NCBI GenBank assembly: GCA_965222155.1
Contig: CBDCTH010000004.1
Location: 64,001-128,000, forward strand
Length of the DNA stretch: 64,000 bases
Source of the DNA: Gammaproteobacteria bacterium
GTDB taxonomy: Bacteria; Pseudomonadota; Gammaproteobacteria; Eutrophobiales; Eutrophobiaceae
Reading direction: 5' to 3'
How positions within the stretch are numbered: position 1 is the stretch's first letter; each line of letters opens with the position of its first letter. The notes below the pieces were generated by a model. That model saw nothing but the letters and a program-made list of their open reading frames with translations. It was not told the DNA's origin and did no database searches. Position numbers and translations under genes: made by a program. This document shows positions 54,109 through 63,734 of the stretch, in pieces.

Positions 54109-56525
54109 TGCGGATTCCGGTCGAACGTGAACACTGATTCCGGTTGAACGTGAACACTTTTCGGGCCTTTCCGGAATCGGTGTTCACATTCCCGGAATCA
54201 GTGTTCACGTTGAACCGGAATCACCCCCAACGCATGGGACTTGTAACCCGGTGGTACGGTATCTCCTTTTTTTGGGAGAACCTGCCATGTCAAACAAGAG
54301 AACCACCCTGCGTACACTACGAGAGATACTACGGCGCCGGCTGCTGGCCGGTCTATCCATCCGCGCCATCAGCCGCAGCACCAAACTGAGTGTCGGCGGC
54401 GTACAGAAGCTCATCAGCCGGGCGGAGACGTTGCACCTGAGTTGGCCCTTGCCGGCCGAGCTGGATGATGCCCGCCTGGCCGAGCTGTTCTACCCCGGCG
54501 CCGACACCGGCACGGGGTCGCGTTGTGAGGCACCGGACTGGGCGGCGGTCCACGAGGAGTTGAAGCGTCCGCACATGACCCGGCAACTGGTGTGGGAAGA
54601 CTATACCCAGCGCGACCCGAACCGGTGTTGCAGCTACTCCCAGTTCTGTGACCGCTACCGCCACTGGCTCGGCCAACAACCGCGCACCATGCGCCAGGGG
54701 CATAAGGCCGGCGAGAAGTGCTTTGTCGATTACGGCGGTGACACCGTGCCCAGCATCGACGCCAGCACCGGCGAGGTGCGCCCGGCACCACTCTTCGTCG
54801 CCGTGCTGGGTGCCTCCGATTATACCTTCGCCGAGGCCACCTGGACCCAATCACTCCCCGACTGGCTCGCCAGCCACACCCGCGCCCTGTCCTTCTTCGG
54901 CGTCGTCCCCGCCCTCATCGTCCCCGACACCCTGCGCAGCGGCGTCAGCCGTGCCTGCCGCTACGACCCCGACATCAACCCCAGCTACCAGCAATGGGCC
55001 GAGCACTACCAGACCGCCATCCTCCCCGCACGCCCCTATACACCCCGCGACAAGGCCAAGGCCGAGCAGGGCGTGCTGCTGGGGCAGCGCTGGATCCTGG
55101 CCCGCCTGCGCCACCACCGCTTCTTCGCCCTGGACGAGTTGAACCGTCATAGCGCCGCCTGACTGGACGATCTTAATAACCGTCCCTTCAAACGCACGCC
55201 CGGCTGCCGCCGCAGCGCCTTTGAGTCCCTCGCCCCACCGGCATTAAAACCGTTGCCCCCTCAACCCTACCATTACCTCCACATCAAACCGGTGACCGTG
55301 CATATCGACTACCACGTTCAATATCAACAGCATGACTACTCCGTGCCGCACCAGTACGTGGGCGAGAGACTGGAGTTACACGCCGGTAACTCGTTGATTG
55401 AACTCTACGTCCACCAACGCTGCATCGCCACGCATGCGCGCCGGCACGCCCCCGGCTTCACCACGAACCCGGCCCACCTGCCCGCACGCCACCGCGCCCA
55501 GCAACAGTGGTCCCCCAAGCGCCGCACCCACCCCGAGCAGGCCTATCGCACCTGCTTAGGATTGCTCCAACTCAGCAAACGCTACCCTGACAGCCGCCTC
55601 AATGCCGCCTGCCAAATAGCCAACCAGAACGGCCTGGTGCGCCTCAAACAGGTCAAGCACCTGCTGGAGTCGAACCAGGACTCACTCATCGACACCCCCG
55701 AGCCGGATACCGCAGCTACCCCCCCGCTGCCCCAAGACCACGAGACTGTCCGCAGGCCGCAACACGTCAACTAACCGGAGACACCACCATGACCACCACC
55801 GCACACACCCTGACACGCCTGCGCGACCTCAGACTGCCCGGTATGGCACAGGCCCTCACTCAACAAACCGAACAGCCCGCCACCTACGACCCCCTCCCGT
55901 TCCTCGACCGACTCGCCCTCCTGCTCGAGCAAGAATGCCTGCAACGGGAACAACGTAACCAAGCGCGCCTCATCCGCCAGGCGCGCTTCAAACTGCACGC
56001 ATCCCGCCAGGCTATCGACTACCAATCATCCCGTGACCTGCAACCGGCACAGATAGCCCAACTCGCTCAGGGCGAGTGGCTGCAACGCGCCCATAACCTG
56101 CTCATCACCGGCCCCTGTGGCTCAGGTAAAACCTTCATCGCCTGCGCCCTCGGCCACCCGGCCTGCCGGCAAGGATACGCCACCCGCTACTTCCGCCTCC
56201 CCCGCCTGTTCCTCACCCTCACCCAGGCCAAGGCCAACGGCAGCTACCACAAACTCCTGCACCCGTTCACCAAGACCCAACTGCTCATCCTCGATGACTG
56301 GGGCATGGACACCCTCAACACCGCTCAGCGCCATGACCTCATGCCCCTCATGGATGACCGCTATCAGTCCGCCTCCACCCTGATAGCCAGCCAACTCCCC
56401 GTCGACCAATGGTATGCCGCCATCGGCGATAACACCCTCGCCGATGCCATCCTCGACCGGCTGGTGCATAATGCGCATCGACTGACATTAAAGGGGGAAT
56501 CCATGCGAAAAAAGCAGGGGATGAT
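54109..56525 (+). mobile_element. Degenerate IS21-family element: istA in pieces (54287-55774), istB 55789 to ~56525, right end missing
   Basis: Left end tgcggattccgg with internal repeats; IstA VDYGG, IVPDT, RDKAKAE; IstB GPCGSGKT, LILDDWG, AILDRLVH. Confidence 0.9.
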
Positions 56526-56737
56526 GCTGTGGGTTGGATTTGCGCTTCACACCAACTCATCAACTCATCCCGGCAAGTCGTCAGCCGGGGGCATGTTTTG
56601 CGACCAAGTTGGGAACCCACAAGTATATGAATATGCAACTGCTGAAAGAGATGGATAAAGAGGCTATTTACTCAGCAGCATGAATGACTACCGGGATCAC
56701 CCCAGAGAAAAAAATGCGAAAGATTCTTGACACTACC

Positions 56738-56830
56738 TGCGTATTTCACTGAATCCTGCCGCCCATCACACGTGAAAGCTGCCACCCGGAACGGGGCAAA
56801 GCTGCCACCCATCGGAGCGTAGCGACGCGG
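56738..56830 (+). mobile_element. Orphan end of a second IS21-family element
   Basis: tgcgtatttc start, repeated aaagctgccaccc, ggagcgtagcgacg. Confidence 0.6.
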
Positions 56831-57719
56831 GTTTTGGTCGACAATGTTCCGTGTCTCCGAACCAGAATACGAGATAAATTCCATAACTATCTGCGCCCGG
56901 GTCCCGAGTGTATTTGGCAATCAACTGCGTTTTTATCGCACTCCAAAGATCGCGATGACAGCTTCTCTTAACCTCCACCGGAGCGTTGAAACTACCGTAA
57001 CATACGTGAATGTCTGACCGTTTGTCGTTGGCGTAACGACCCTCCGGTTGGGCGTCGATACCCAATTGCTTTAACCTGTCTTGTAAAGCTGATAACAGTG
57101 CATCCCGGCACGCGTCTTCCGGTTTCGGGTTCTGTGGTCGATTGTAAGAGTCTACGTTCCAATACTGGCGCCAGTCGGATGTGTTTCCATAGCGGATGTT
57201 TTTTGATATTACGCGTAAATATTCAAACGTCAGCGCGGCGAGGTCGTTAGCGTTCGCAGGATTGCGATTATCGAGTACCTCAAGCACCTGCTCGACCTCG
57301 GGATGCTGAAATTCGACTTCACGTCGCGTGATGTTCTGTTGATATTTGGCATCGTTGAGATAGGACCGCCAAGGGAGCAGCTCATCGTCGGACGACAGCG
57401 TTTCGAGAGCATCGGTAGCGGCCCGGGTTGGGACGGATGCCAGTTGATTGATGAATCTCCGAATGTGGTCCGGCGCTGTCATGGCCGCTGTCACAGTAAT
57501 GTCTTCTTCCGAAGTGGAATCAAGAGAATAAGGTCTGCAGGAAGGACCGATCAGCCGGACCAGAAGTTGCAGTATCGGAACAGTCAGGCGTTCGATGACC
57601 CCTTGGGTTTGGACCGCCGCCAAGCATCGAAGTCGGCGTTCATTACCGGCTGTATAGGATGCCAGCCTTTCGAGATACGAGTCCGGCGAAGCAAGAAGAC
57701 CGGCGGGAGTTTGGGACAC
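56830..57719 (-). pseudogene. Fragment with PD-(D/E)XK-like nuclease domain, probably the C-terminus of a large defence NTPase
   Basis: KPEDACRD...PEGRYANDKRSDI...VEVKR...YGIYLVFWFG; cut by the IS21 end. Confidence 0.55.
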
Positions 57720-57765
57720 TCATAAAATAGCGAATTCATGCCACTGAGTCTTATCGCCAGACCGA

Positions 57766-58101
57766 CTAATTAATCTTGCAAAGGATCCTTATATGATTGC
57801 CTTTCATTTCTGCCTGGTATTTCGGAGGATCCCGGAAGGGCCATGGGCAATCGCCCCGCTTTTTCATCCAATTACCGATGCTTTGGCTACGAATTTCCGA
57901 GCATGTGCGCCAGAATGATGGGCTTAGTTCGATATTCAGGGGCTGCACTTCACCGTTGCAGAGAGGCAGTTCGAGGACAACTTCACTCAGCCCTTTGAAC
58001 AGTTTATTACGATCCATTAGCTTTACTCCGAACCCCAATGCTCCTGGTGCCTCCCTTGTTCCCGATTTCCAACCAGTCAATTCTATAATCGCCATGTTCA
58101 T
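57766..58101 (-). CDS. Hypothetical protein
   Basis: ORF with motif SFWRTCSEIRSQSIGNWM...PWP...PPK; start uncertain. Confidence 0.55.
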   Translation of the reverse strand: MNMAIIELTGWKSGTREAPGALGFGVKLMDRNKLFKGLSEVVLELPLCNGEVQPLNIELSPSFWRTCSEIRSQSIGNWMKKRGDCPWPFRDPPKYQAEMKGNHIRILCKIN

Positions 58102-58243
58102 CCACTCAGTGTTTTTGGATATAGAAAGTATAAACCCCGTTATTCTCGCAAATCCATACTCATTTTTTGTCAGCCTTTCCCTCTTCTTCACTGGAAGCTG
58201 ATATAAGTTTGTCCAATATGTATTGCACCCGGACAATGTATTG

Positions 58244-59529
58244 GGAACTTCTATTTATTGACGTTTTCTGGCACATTGCCTACGTGAGCAGGCAAGCGGA
58301 CTATTTTGTATATAAAGCTATGCCATACATGCGCTGATGGGCCTCTGTCTACCCACCAAACGGGCTGTTTGACCCCTTCAGGTGTCTGTTTAACACCCTT
58401 TTATGCCTGTTCCCCGTCATGCGGGCGCGCTGACCCCTTCCAGGTAACACAATCGTCGCATGTTATACACCAGGTTCAGCATCCCAATGGCCAACTCACT
58501 GCGCGCCAGCCCGATACAGCGTATCAGCTTGGCCCGGGTCGCACACTGCGCCCCGAACACGTGTTCCACCCGCACCCGCACCTTGGCCCGCGTGCGGTTG
58601 CCCTGCTGCGCCCACGCCGTCAACGGCTTGTTGCGGCGCCCCTTGCGCTGAATGTGGCTGCGGTAGCGCTGGGCCTGCAAGCGTTCCTCCTGCTCCCTGG
58701 AACGGTAGGCGCGGTCCGCCCATAACGCCTTGCTGCTGTTGTGCTCATCCAACAACTCATCGAGCAGTTGGGAATCATGCACAGTCGCCGCGCTCACCGC
58801 ATACGTGCGTATCAGCTTGTGCTTGTTGTCCACGTTCACGTGATTCTTGTACCCGTAATGACTCCTGCCCCGCTGCTTCGTCCAACGTGCCTCCACGTCC
58901 TTCTGCCGCCGCTTGGATTTGGCTGCCTCATCGTCCCAGCCCGCCGGTGCCTCCCCCGCCTTTATCGCCGCATTCTCCTCGCGCGTGTTGCGCTGCACCG
59001 GCGCCGGCACCAGGGACGCATCCACCCACTGCCCCGTGCGCGCCCGATACCCCAAGTCTGCTAACTGCTCGGCAAACCGTGCAAACAGTTCCTCCATCAA
59101 TTTCAGCTCCACCAACTTCTCACGAAACGCCCAGAAGGTCTTCGCAGCCGGCGCCCGATGATAGTTATCCAACCCCATAAACCGCTGAAAACTGCGCCGG
59201 TCTTCAAGCTGATATTCCAACTGCTCATCACTCAACCCGTACAAATGCTGTATCACCAACCCCTTGAACAGCAGCACCTCATCCCGACGCGGCGCACCCG
59301 CCTTGCGCTTGCGGGTCGTGGGACGGATACGCACCAATAGCGGACGAAATGCCTCCCAGTCCACTACCTCACCCAACCGCACCAGGGGATCCTTCAGTTT
59401 ATTCAAGCGGGTGTCTTGCAAGTCAAACAACGAACCGAATATGTCTTGTGTCTTCATGAAACCACCTTGAGGAAAGAGTTGAAATAAGTCACCGCTATTA
59501 TATCATCTGACCGAATAAATAGAGGTTCC
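58244..59529 (-). mobile_element. IS5-family element with intact 346-aa transposase (58417-59457)
   Basis: IRs ggaacYtctatttatt; VDASL, YGYKNH, WADRAY, RVEHVFG; no clear target duplication. Confidence 0.9.
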
Positions 59530-59701
59530 TTATTGACTGTTTTATGAAGCATGTTATAAGATCAGGACAACTATTTGAGCTTGTGCAAGGGTAGTATATC
59601 CGATGGGTGAAGATTGGCATTTACCTGTATCGGAGCAGAAAAAAGCCTCATTAGACGGCTGATATCAACGGACCAACGGGATTTTTGCAGGAGGAATTGA
59701 A

Positions 59702-60631
59702 ATGGCCAAACGTATAAGTATTATCAACTTCAAAGGTGGGGTTGGTAAAACCACCCTTGCATATCACCTCGGCACTGGACTGGCAAAGTATCATAATGCC
59801 AGAGTACTGCTGATAGACGTGGACCACCAAAGCAGTTTATCCATTGTTTGCTTAAAGGCTGATAAATGGCAAAAAGCAGTCGATGAAAAATGTACGATTA
59901 ATGAGGTCTTTCAACCGTTTGTTGGCCAATCATCTGGCCCACCCGGTGATGAAATTATTCTCAGAGAGCCAATCAGGAATAGGGGCTATAACAGCATGGA
60001 CCTCGTTCCTGCCAGCCTGCAACTTGATGATACCGAAATTGAACTGACGGCTTCACATCAGGGTAACGCTATCCACTCGGAATGGAACAAGAGAACTCTT
60101 ATATGTCGTTGGATTGAAGATGTCGGAATTAATGATGAATACGATTATATTATTTTCGATTGTCCACCCGCGACGAAAATCGTTTCCCAGAACGCCATTG
60201 CAGCTAGCCATGGTTATATCATTCCCGTTGTTCCGGAAGCAGTGATGGAGCGTGGAGCACCCCATCTGTACGAAATGGTACGGACTGGCATTGATACCCG
60301 ATTGAATGCGCTAGCTGCAATGGGAGAACCAAGAAAGATGTACGTGTCCGAGACTAAACTTGTCGGGTTGGTAATCACTCGAATACAGACTGCTGGGGGC
60401 TACTCTGGATATACCAATGATCACACTCAGCATCTCGATTCGCTGAAAAGGCGTTGGAAAAATATGTTGGTAAAACCCTATATTGTTCAGGGAACAGGTC
60501 TGTCTCAGGCCTTGGCAGATGGCGTTCCGGTTTATGATCGGAGTTCGACCCAGAACGTAGGTGGGCGAGGAATTCATAAACAGTTTGAGAAACTGACAAC
60601 CGAACTTAAACAGAGGGTTGACAGCCTATGA
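59702..60631 (+). CDS. ParA/Soj-family ATPase 2
   Basis: INFKGGVGKTT, IDVDHQSSLS, FDCPP; RBS aggagg. Confidence 0.9.
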   Translation: MAKRISIINFKGGVGKTTLAYHLGTGLAKYHNARVLLIDVDHQSSLSIVCLKADKWQKAVDEKCTINEVFQPFVGQSSGPPGDEIILREPIRNRGYNSMDLVPASLQLDDTEIELTASHQGNAIHSEWNKRTLICRWIEDVGINDEYDYIIFDCPPATKIVSQNAIAASHGYIIPVVPEAVMERGAPHLYEMVRTGIDTRLNALAAMGEPRKMYVSETKLVGLVITRIQTAGGYSGYTNDHTQHLDSLKRRWKNMLVKPYIVQGTGLSQALADGVPVYDRSSTQNVGGRGIHKQFEKLTTELKQRVDSL

Positions 60632-61146
60632 ATGACGAACAGCAGAATTCGGTTAGAGAACCTGATCCCAATGCCCAGGCAAATTATTTGCTGGTTGACG
60701 ATATCGTTCGATACTTATCGCGCCTGGCGAACCTGTACAGTGAAGCAAAAACAGGCAACTCGGAATTAAGTGATGGGCTTCGACAGTTGGTCAATGCCTT
60801 ACGGCCTTATTCAAACCGCCCTGTTCCTGATCTTGCCGATATTATCAGAGAGGCAACTCTACGGAGATTCCGTGAAACTTCCCCAAAGAAGATTAAAGCA
60901 ATACTTCCATCTAATCTGGAATCTCTTCCGCCACAGGAGGTCGAAAAAATACTGGATGATGAAAACTACACAAAGGATCAGGTGATTAACCTCGGGGTCC
61001 AACGTTTTGGTATTTCCTCTGCGAAGCTCACACGCCTTGGCAAGAAAAATGTACTGGAGTCAATACGTGCTGCGCTAAACCATGAAAAATCACTCGAAGT
61101 GATTTCCAAGGAAGCACAACGCGGAGGTGAAATGAGGTCATCTTAG
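60628..61146 (+). CDS. ParA partner 2: helical protein with HeH-like C-terminal motif
   Basis: ATGA overlap; KDQVINLGVQRFGISSAKLTRLGKKNVLESI. Confidence 0.72.
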   Translation: MNDEQQNSVREPDPNAQANYLLVDDIVRYLSRLANLYSEAKTGNSELSDGLRQLVNALRPYSNRPVPDLADIIREATLRRFRETSPKKIKAILPSNLESLPPQEVEKILDDENYTKDQVINLGVQRFGISSAKLTRLGKKNVLESIRAALNHEKSLEVISKEAQRGGEMRSS

Positions 61147-61167
61147 GCAGTATAATTCTGAATATAG

Positions 61168-61246
61168 GTTGTTGACGCCGCACAATCAGGAACAGCGACG
61201 TTGTTCGAGGCTCTTAATTAGCACCCTCGGATTTTTATTCCTCAGG
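61168..61246 (+). pseudogene. Sulfotransferase N-terminal relic
   Basis: VVDAAQSGTATLFEALN*HPRIFIPQ; ends at the REPIN-like pair. Confidence 0.75.
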
Positions 61247-61253
61247 AAATTCA

Positions 61254-61426
61254 GAAATTCAGGGGACACAATACTTAATTATCCTGCCGTTGTTTTGGCC
61301 TTGGTTTTTTCTTTTTCAGCGACCGGCCCAACACCCCCTCAATCCTGCCAATAAATCCCTCATCCCCCAAGGGTCTGCCCGTACGCGCATGGGTATTCCA
61401 GAATTAAGTATTGTGTCCCTAGAACT
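61254..61426. repeat. Second REPIN-like family, copy 2
   Basis: aattcaggggacacaatacttaatt ... aattaagtattgtgtccctagaact. Confidence 0.75.
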
Positions 61427-61585
61427 GGTTCAGAACTGGTTGAAGGTTAATGATAGGCGGTTTACACAGTTTTTGTTACAGTCGCAATATAGCCCGCCCC
61501 AGCACGCGGACCTGTCACAATTTTTTCACGCCAGCAACTAACGCCGCCGCTGTAGTGAGTTACGGAGACCGGTAAGACCCCTGAC

Positions 61586-61616
61586 AAAAAAAGCCAAAGG
61601 CCTCCGAAGAGGCCTT
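61586..61616 (-). terminator. Putative intrinsic terminator
   Basis: aaggcctc-ttcg-gaggcctt hairpin, then tggc and U7 on the minus strand. Confidence 0.6.
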
Positions 61617-61772
61617 ATCGAAACCCCGGCAGGCTTGGCATCACCAACGCCAGGATTTGCTACCGACAAATCTGCCTGGAGCAGATTTGGACGCTCGAAG
61701 AGCGCCTGAAGGGTGCGTCCCATGGATGGGACGCATCAGGTAGTCTCACTTGCCCGGAATTCACGGGAACGG
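61586..61772 (-). ncRNA. Candidate structured sRNA
   Basis: Promoter TTGACT-17-CATGAT (61806-61778), nested hairpins, terminator, no credible ORF. Confidence 0.45.
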
Positions 61773-61806
61773 AATCGATCATGGCGCGTTACATGTTAAT
61801 AGTCAA

Positions 61807-61847
61807 GAATATTTATTGCTGACAACAGGAATATTTATTGCTGACAA
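61807..61847. repeat. 19-bp perfect direct repeat gaatatttattgctgacaa x2 (22-bp period)
   Basis: Direct reading; abuts the -35 of the sRNA candidate. Confidence 0.85.
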
Positions 61848-61865
61848 ATGAAAAATAGGAACAAA

Positions 61866-62261
61866 TTAGAGAGTCAGCCAGAATCTCACACCATCTTTTA
61901 TGGCTAAGAAATCATGCATCGTGATGCAAGAGGTTGAATACATACGTTTTCCTCGAGGATCACGACCTATCAATATCCTGTCAAGACGGTTTATTGAAAC
62001 AGTTGTTACCATGTCACATTTAGCCCAAGTCTCATCCCTTGTAAACTTGCCCGCAAGAGATGCCGAATCCATCAAATGATGATATGGCTGTGGACCATCC
62101 GGCGGACTGGTTGAGAGTGGTATTACAGTACAGGTTAACGACTTTCGCGACCTTCTCGACAGTACGACAACAGGCCGTCTTTTTGTCATTTCTGGCGGCA
62201 CAAAACCGGAAAAATCACAAATCAATAATTGTCCCGGGTGCGGGCAAGCTGACAATCCCAT
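61866..62261 (-). CDS. PemK/MazF-family (YifN-like) protein with no protein antitoxin
   Basis: GQLLICDF, PPEMTKRRPVVVLS, VIPLST, WAKCDMVTTVS..RL. Confidence 0.85.
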   Translation of the reverse strand: MGLSACPHPGQLLICDFSGFVPPEMTKRRPVVVLSRRSRKSLTCTVIPLSTSPPDGPQPYHHLMDSASLAGKFTRDETWAKCDMVTTVSINRLDRILIGRDPRGKRMYSTSCITMHDFLAIKDGVRFWLTL

Positions 62262-62381
62262 AATAAACAATCCGTATTATCCGTAATTTGAATTCTAGCT
62301 TATATCTTGTTCGCCGATTCACTCCCACCATAACCGGACAAGCCTCCATCAATAAGGCCTTGTGACTTATTGATGGAGGCT

Positions 62382-62470
62382 TGGCGGAGAGTGTGGGATT
62401 CGAACCCACGAAGGGCATTACCCTTGCCGGGTTATCAACCCGGGGCATTAAACCACTCTGCCAACTCTGG
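62382..62470 (-). tRNA. Atypical tRNA: serine-type body, GAU anticodon, C1:C72 and C2:C71 mismatches
   Basis: D arm GCA-GAGUGGUUUAA-UGC; anticodon arm CCGGG-UUGAUAA-CCCGG; long variable arm AAGGG/CCCUU; T arm GUGGG-UUCGAAU-CCCAC; G73; encoded CCA. Confidence 0.8.
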
Positions 62471-62534
62471 AAAGAGGTATCGCTTTCCAGAGTTGGCTAT
62501 ACTCTAAGACAATGTAACTCAATCATTAAAAATA

Positions 62535-62759
62535 TCAAGTCGTACAGTCGGAGTCTGAAAATCGATAACCCTCGATCCAACAACGTCGTAAGGCGGTGCC
62601 GCCTTTAAACGCCAGTTTTTTGCGCAGTGGATGATCAGCCAAGCCGGTCAGGAACCACGCTAACATATAGTCTCGTTCGATCACAGCTTCAGGAGTACGT
62701 CGTCCGCTGTCTGTCGTCAGTGTATTTGCAATGAGTGAAATATTCCGTTGGGGGATCAT
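62535..62759 (-). pseudogene. AbiEii nucleotidyltransferase toxin, truncated
   Basis: IERDY...FKGGTALRRC...YRFS, then ends. Confidence 0.85.
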
Positions 62760-63595
62760 CAGCCGAGTCTCACGGTATTCAGTTCTTCCGGGGATACATT
62801 TAATTGAAGTCGCCAACGTGAAAAATACTGTCCACCCGCTGGTAACACCGGATCGAGGCGCTGATACGTATTTGTTAACATTGAGCGCAGGTATTCAAGC
62901 GTGTCGGCATTGGTCAATTCATAGAACTCAAGTAAGTACCCAAGCCGACGTACTACTGCACCGACGCCGAGACGCTCCGCATATTCCAACAAACGTTCCA
63001 CGTTCAGTGAATCACGCTTCATCCACATACCTTTACCCACCTCCGTGATTCCACCGACATGGGCAGGGTGACGCAAACTATCAATGACGGTACGCTCCAA
63101 GTCACTGATCATCACAAACCGTTGTCCATCCACCCAGTGTTTCATTGTCCCGAATGTTTTAGCTTCGCTGACATGAATGAATTTGAACGGGTAGCCGCCA
63201 ACTGTTTGAGGGCGTATCCTTTTTGCACATGACACATACATGGTCAAAATCGGCTGTGTCACCATGCGATGGAACTCAAACGCTGTGCCGTGGGACAGGA
63301 AGTACCGATTTGCCCCCACCATTTCATGGGCTATCAGGTAGGGGCTATCGACATGTTCATGCGCTCGACCCATTTGAAATGGAACCAGGTTATACAAACC
63401 TGGTTTGAGCCGTGTCACAAGACCCCGCCGCTCTGCCTTATGTACCAGGTTGCGGGCGGCAGCCGGTGACAGGCCAGTGATGGATTCCACGTCTGCCAGC
63501 ATGAACGTCGACCGACGCCGTTCATTCAAGTCAGTAAACAGTTGTGCGGCCCGCGGTCCCAGCGTCTTAAATGTAGACTTATATTTTAAACCCAT
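62759..63595 (-). CDS. AbiEi-family (type IV TA) antitoxin
   Basis: N-terminal wHTH, RLKPGLY, YFLSHGTA, SDLERTVID, RRLGYLLE. Confidence 0.88.
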   Translation of the reverse strand: MGLKYKSTFKTLGPRAAQLFTDLNERRRSTFMLADVESITGLSPAAARNLVHKAERRGLVTRLKPGLYNLVPFQMGRAHEHVDSPYLIAHEMVGANRYFLSHGTAFEFHRMVTQPILTMYVSCAKRIRPQTVGGYPFKFIHVSEAKTFGTMKHWVDGQRFVMISDLERTVIDSLRHPAHVGGITEVGKGMWMKRDSLNVERLLEYAERLGVGAVVRRLGYLLEFYELTNADTLEYLRSMLTNTYQRLDPVLPAGGQYFSRWRLQLNVSPEELNTVRLG

Positions 63596-63601
63596 TTCGT
63601 A

Positions 63602-63677
63602 TCTCTTATAGAAATATATTGCGCGAAAAATATAACATTAGTTATATTTAATGGCAAATATGTTTCTATAATAGAGA
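63602..63677. promoter_or_regulatory. Inverted repeats upstream of abiEi (probable autorepression operator)
   Basis: ttatagaaatatattgc ... gcaaatatgtttctataa flanking aaatataac/gttatattt. Confidence 0.55.
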
Positions 63678-63734
63678 TATTATTATCATATAATATAAAA
63701 AAATAGGGACAGACTGGAAGAAAGGGAGACAGGT

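Noticed and set aside
54109-54225. Short regularly spaced repeats resembling a CRISPR array
   Set aside because: Spacers of only a few bp, mixed orientation, adjacent to istA: IS21 terminal repeats. No cas genes in the window.
41111-61146. Plasmid or chromosomal parABS partition locus
   Set aside because: No ParB, rep gene or centromere-like array visible; kept as an unexplained module instead.
62382-62470. Ordinary tRNA-Ile, ordinary tRNA-Ser, or a simple att duplication
   Set aside because: Long variable arm and G73 do not fit Ile; anticodon and first two pairs do not fit Ser; nearly the whole gene is present and no integrase is in view. An att origin is not fully excluded.
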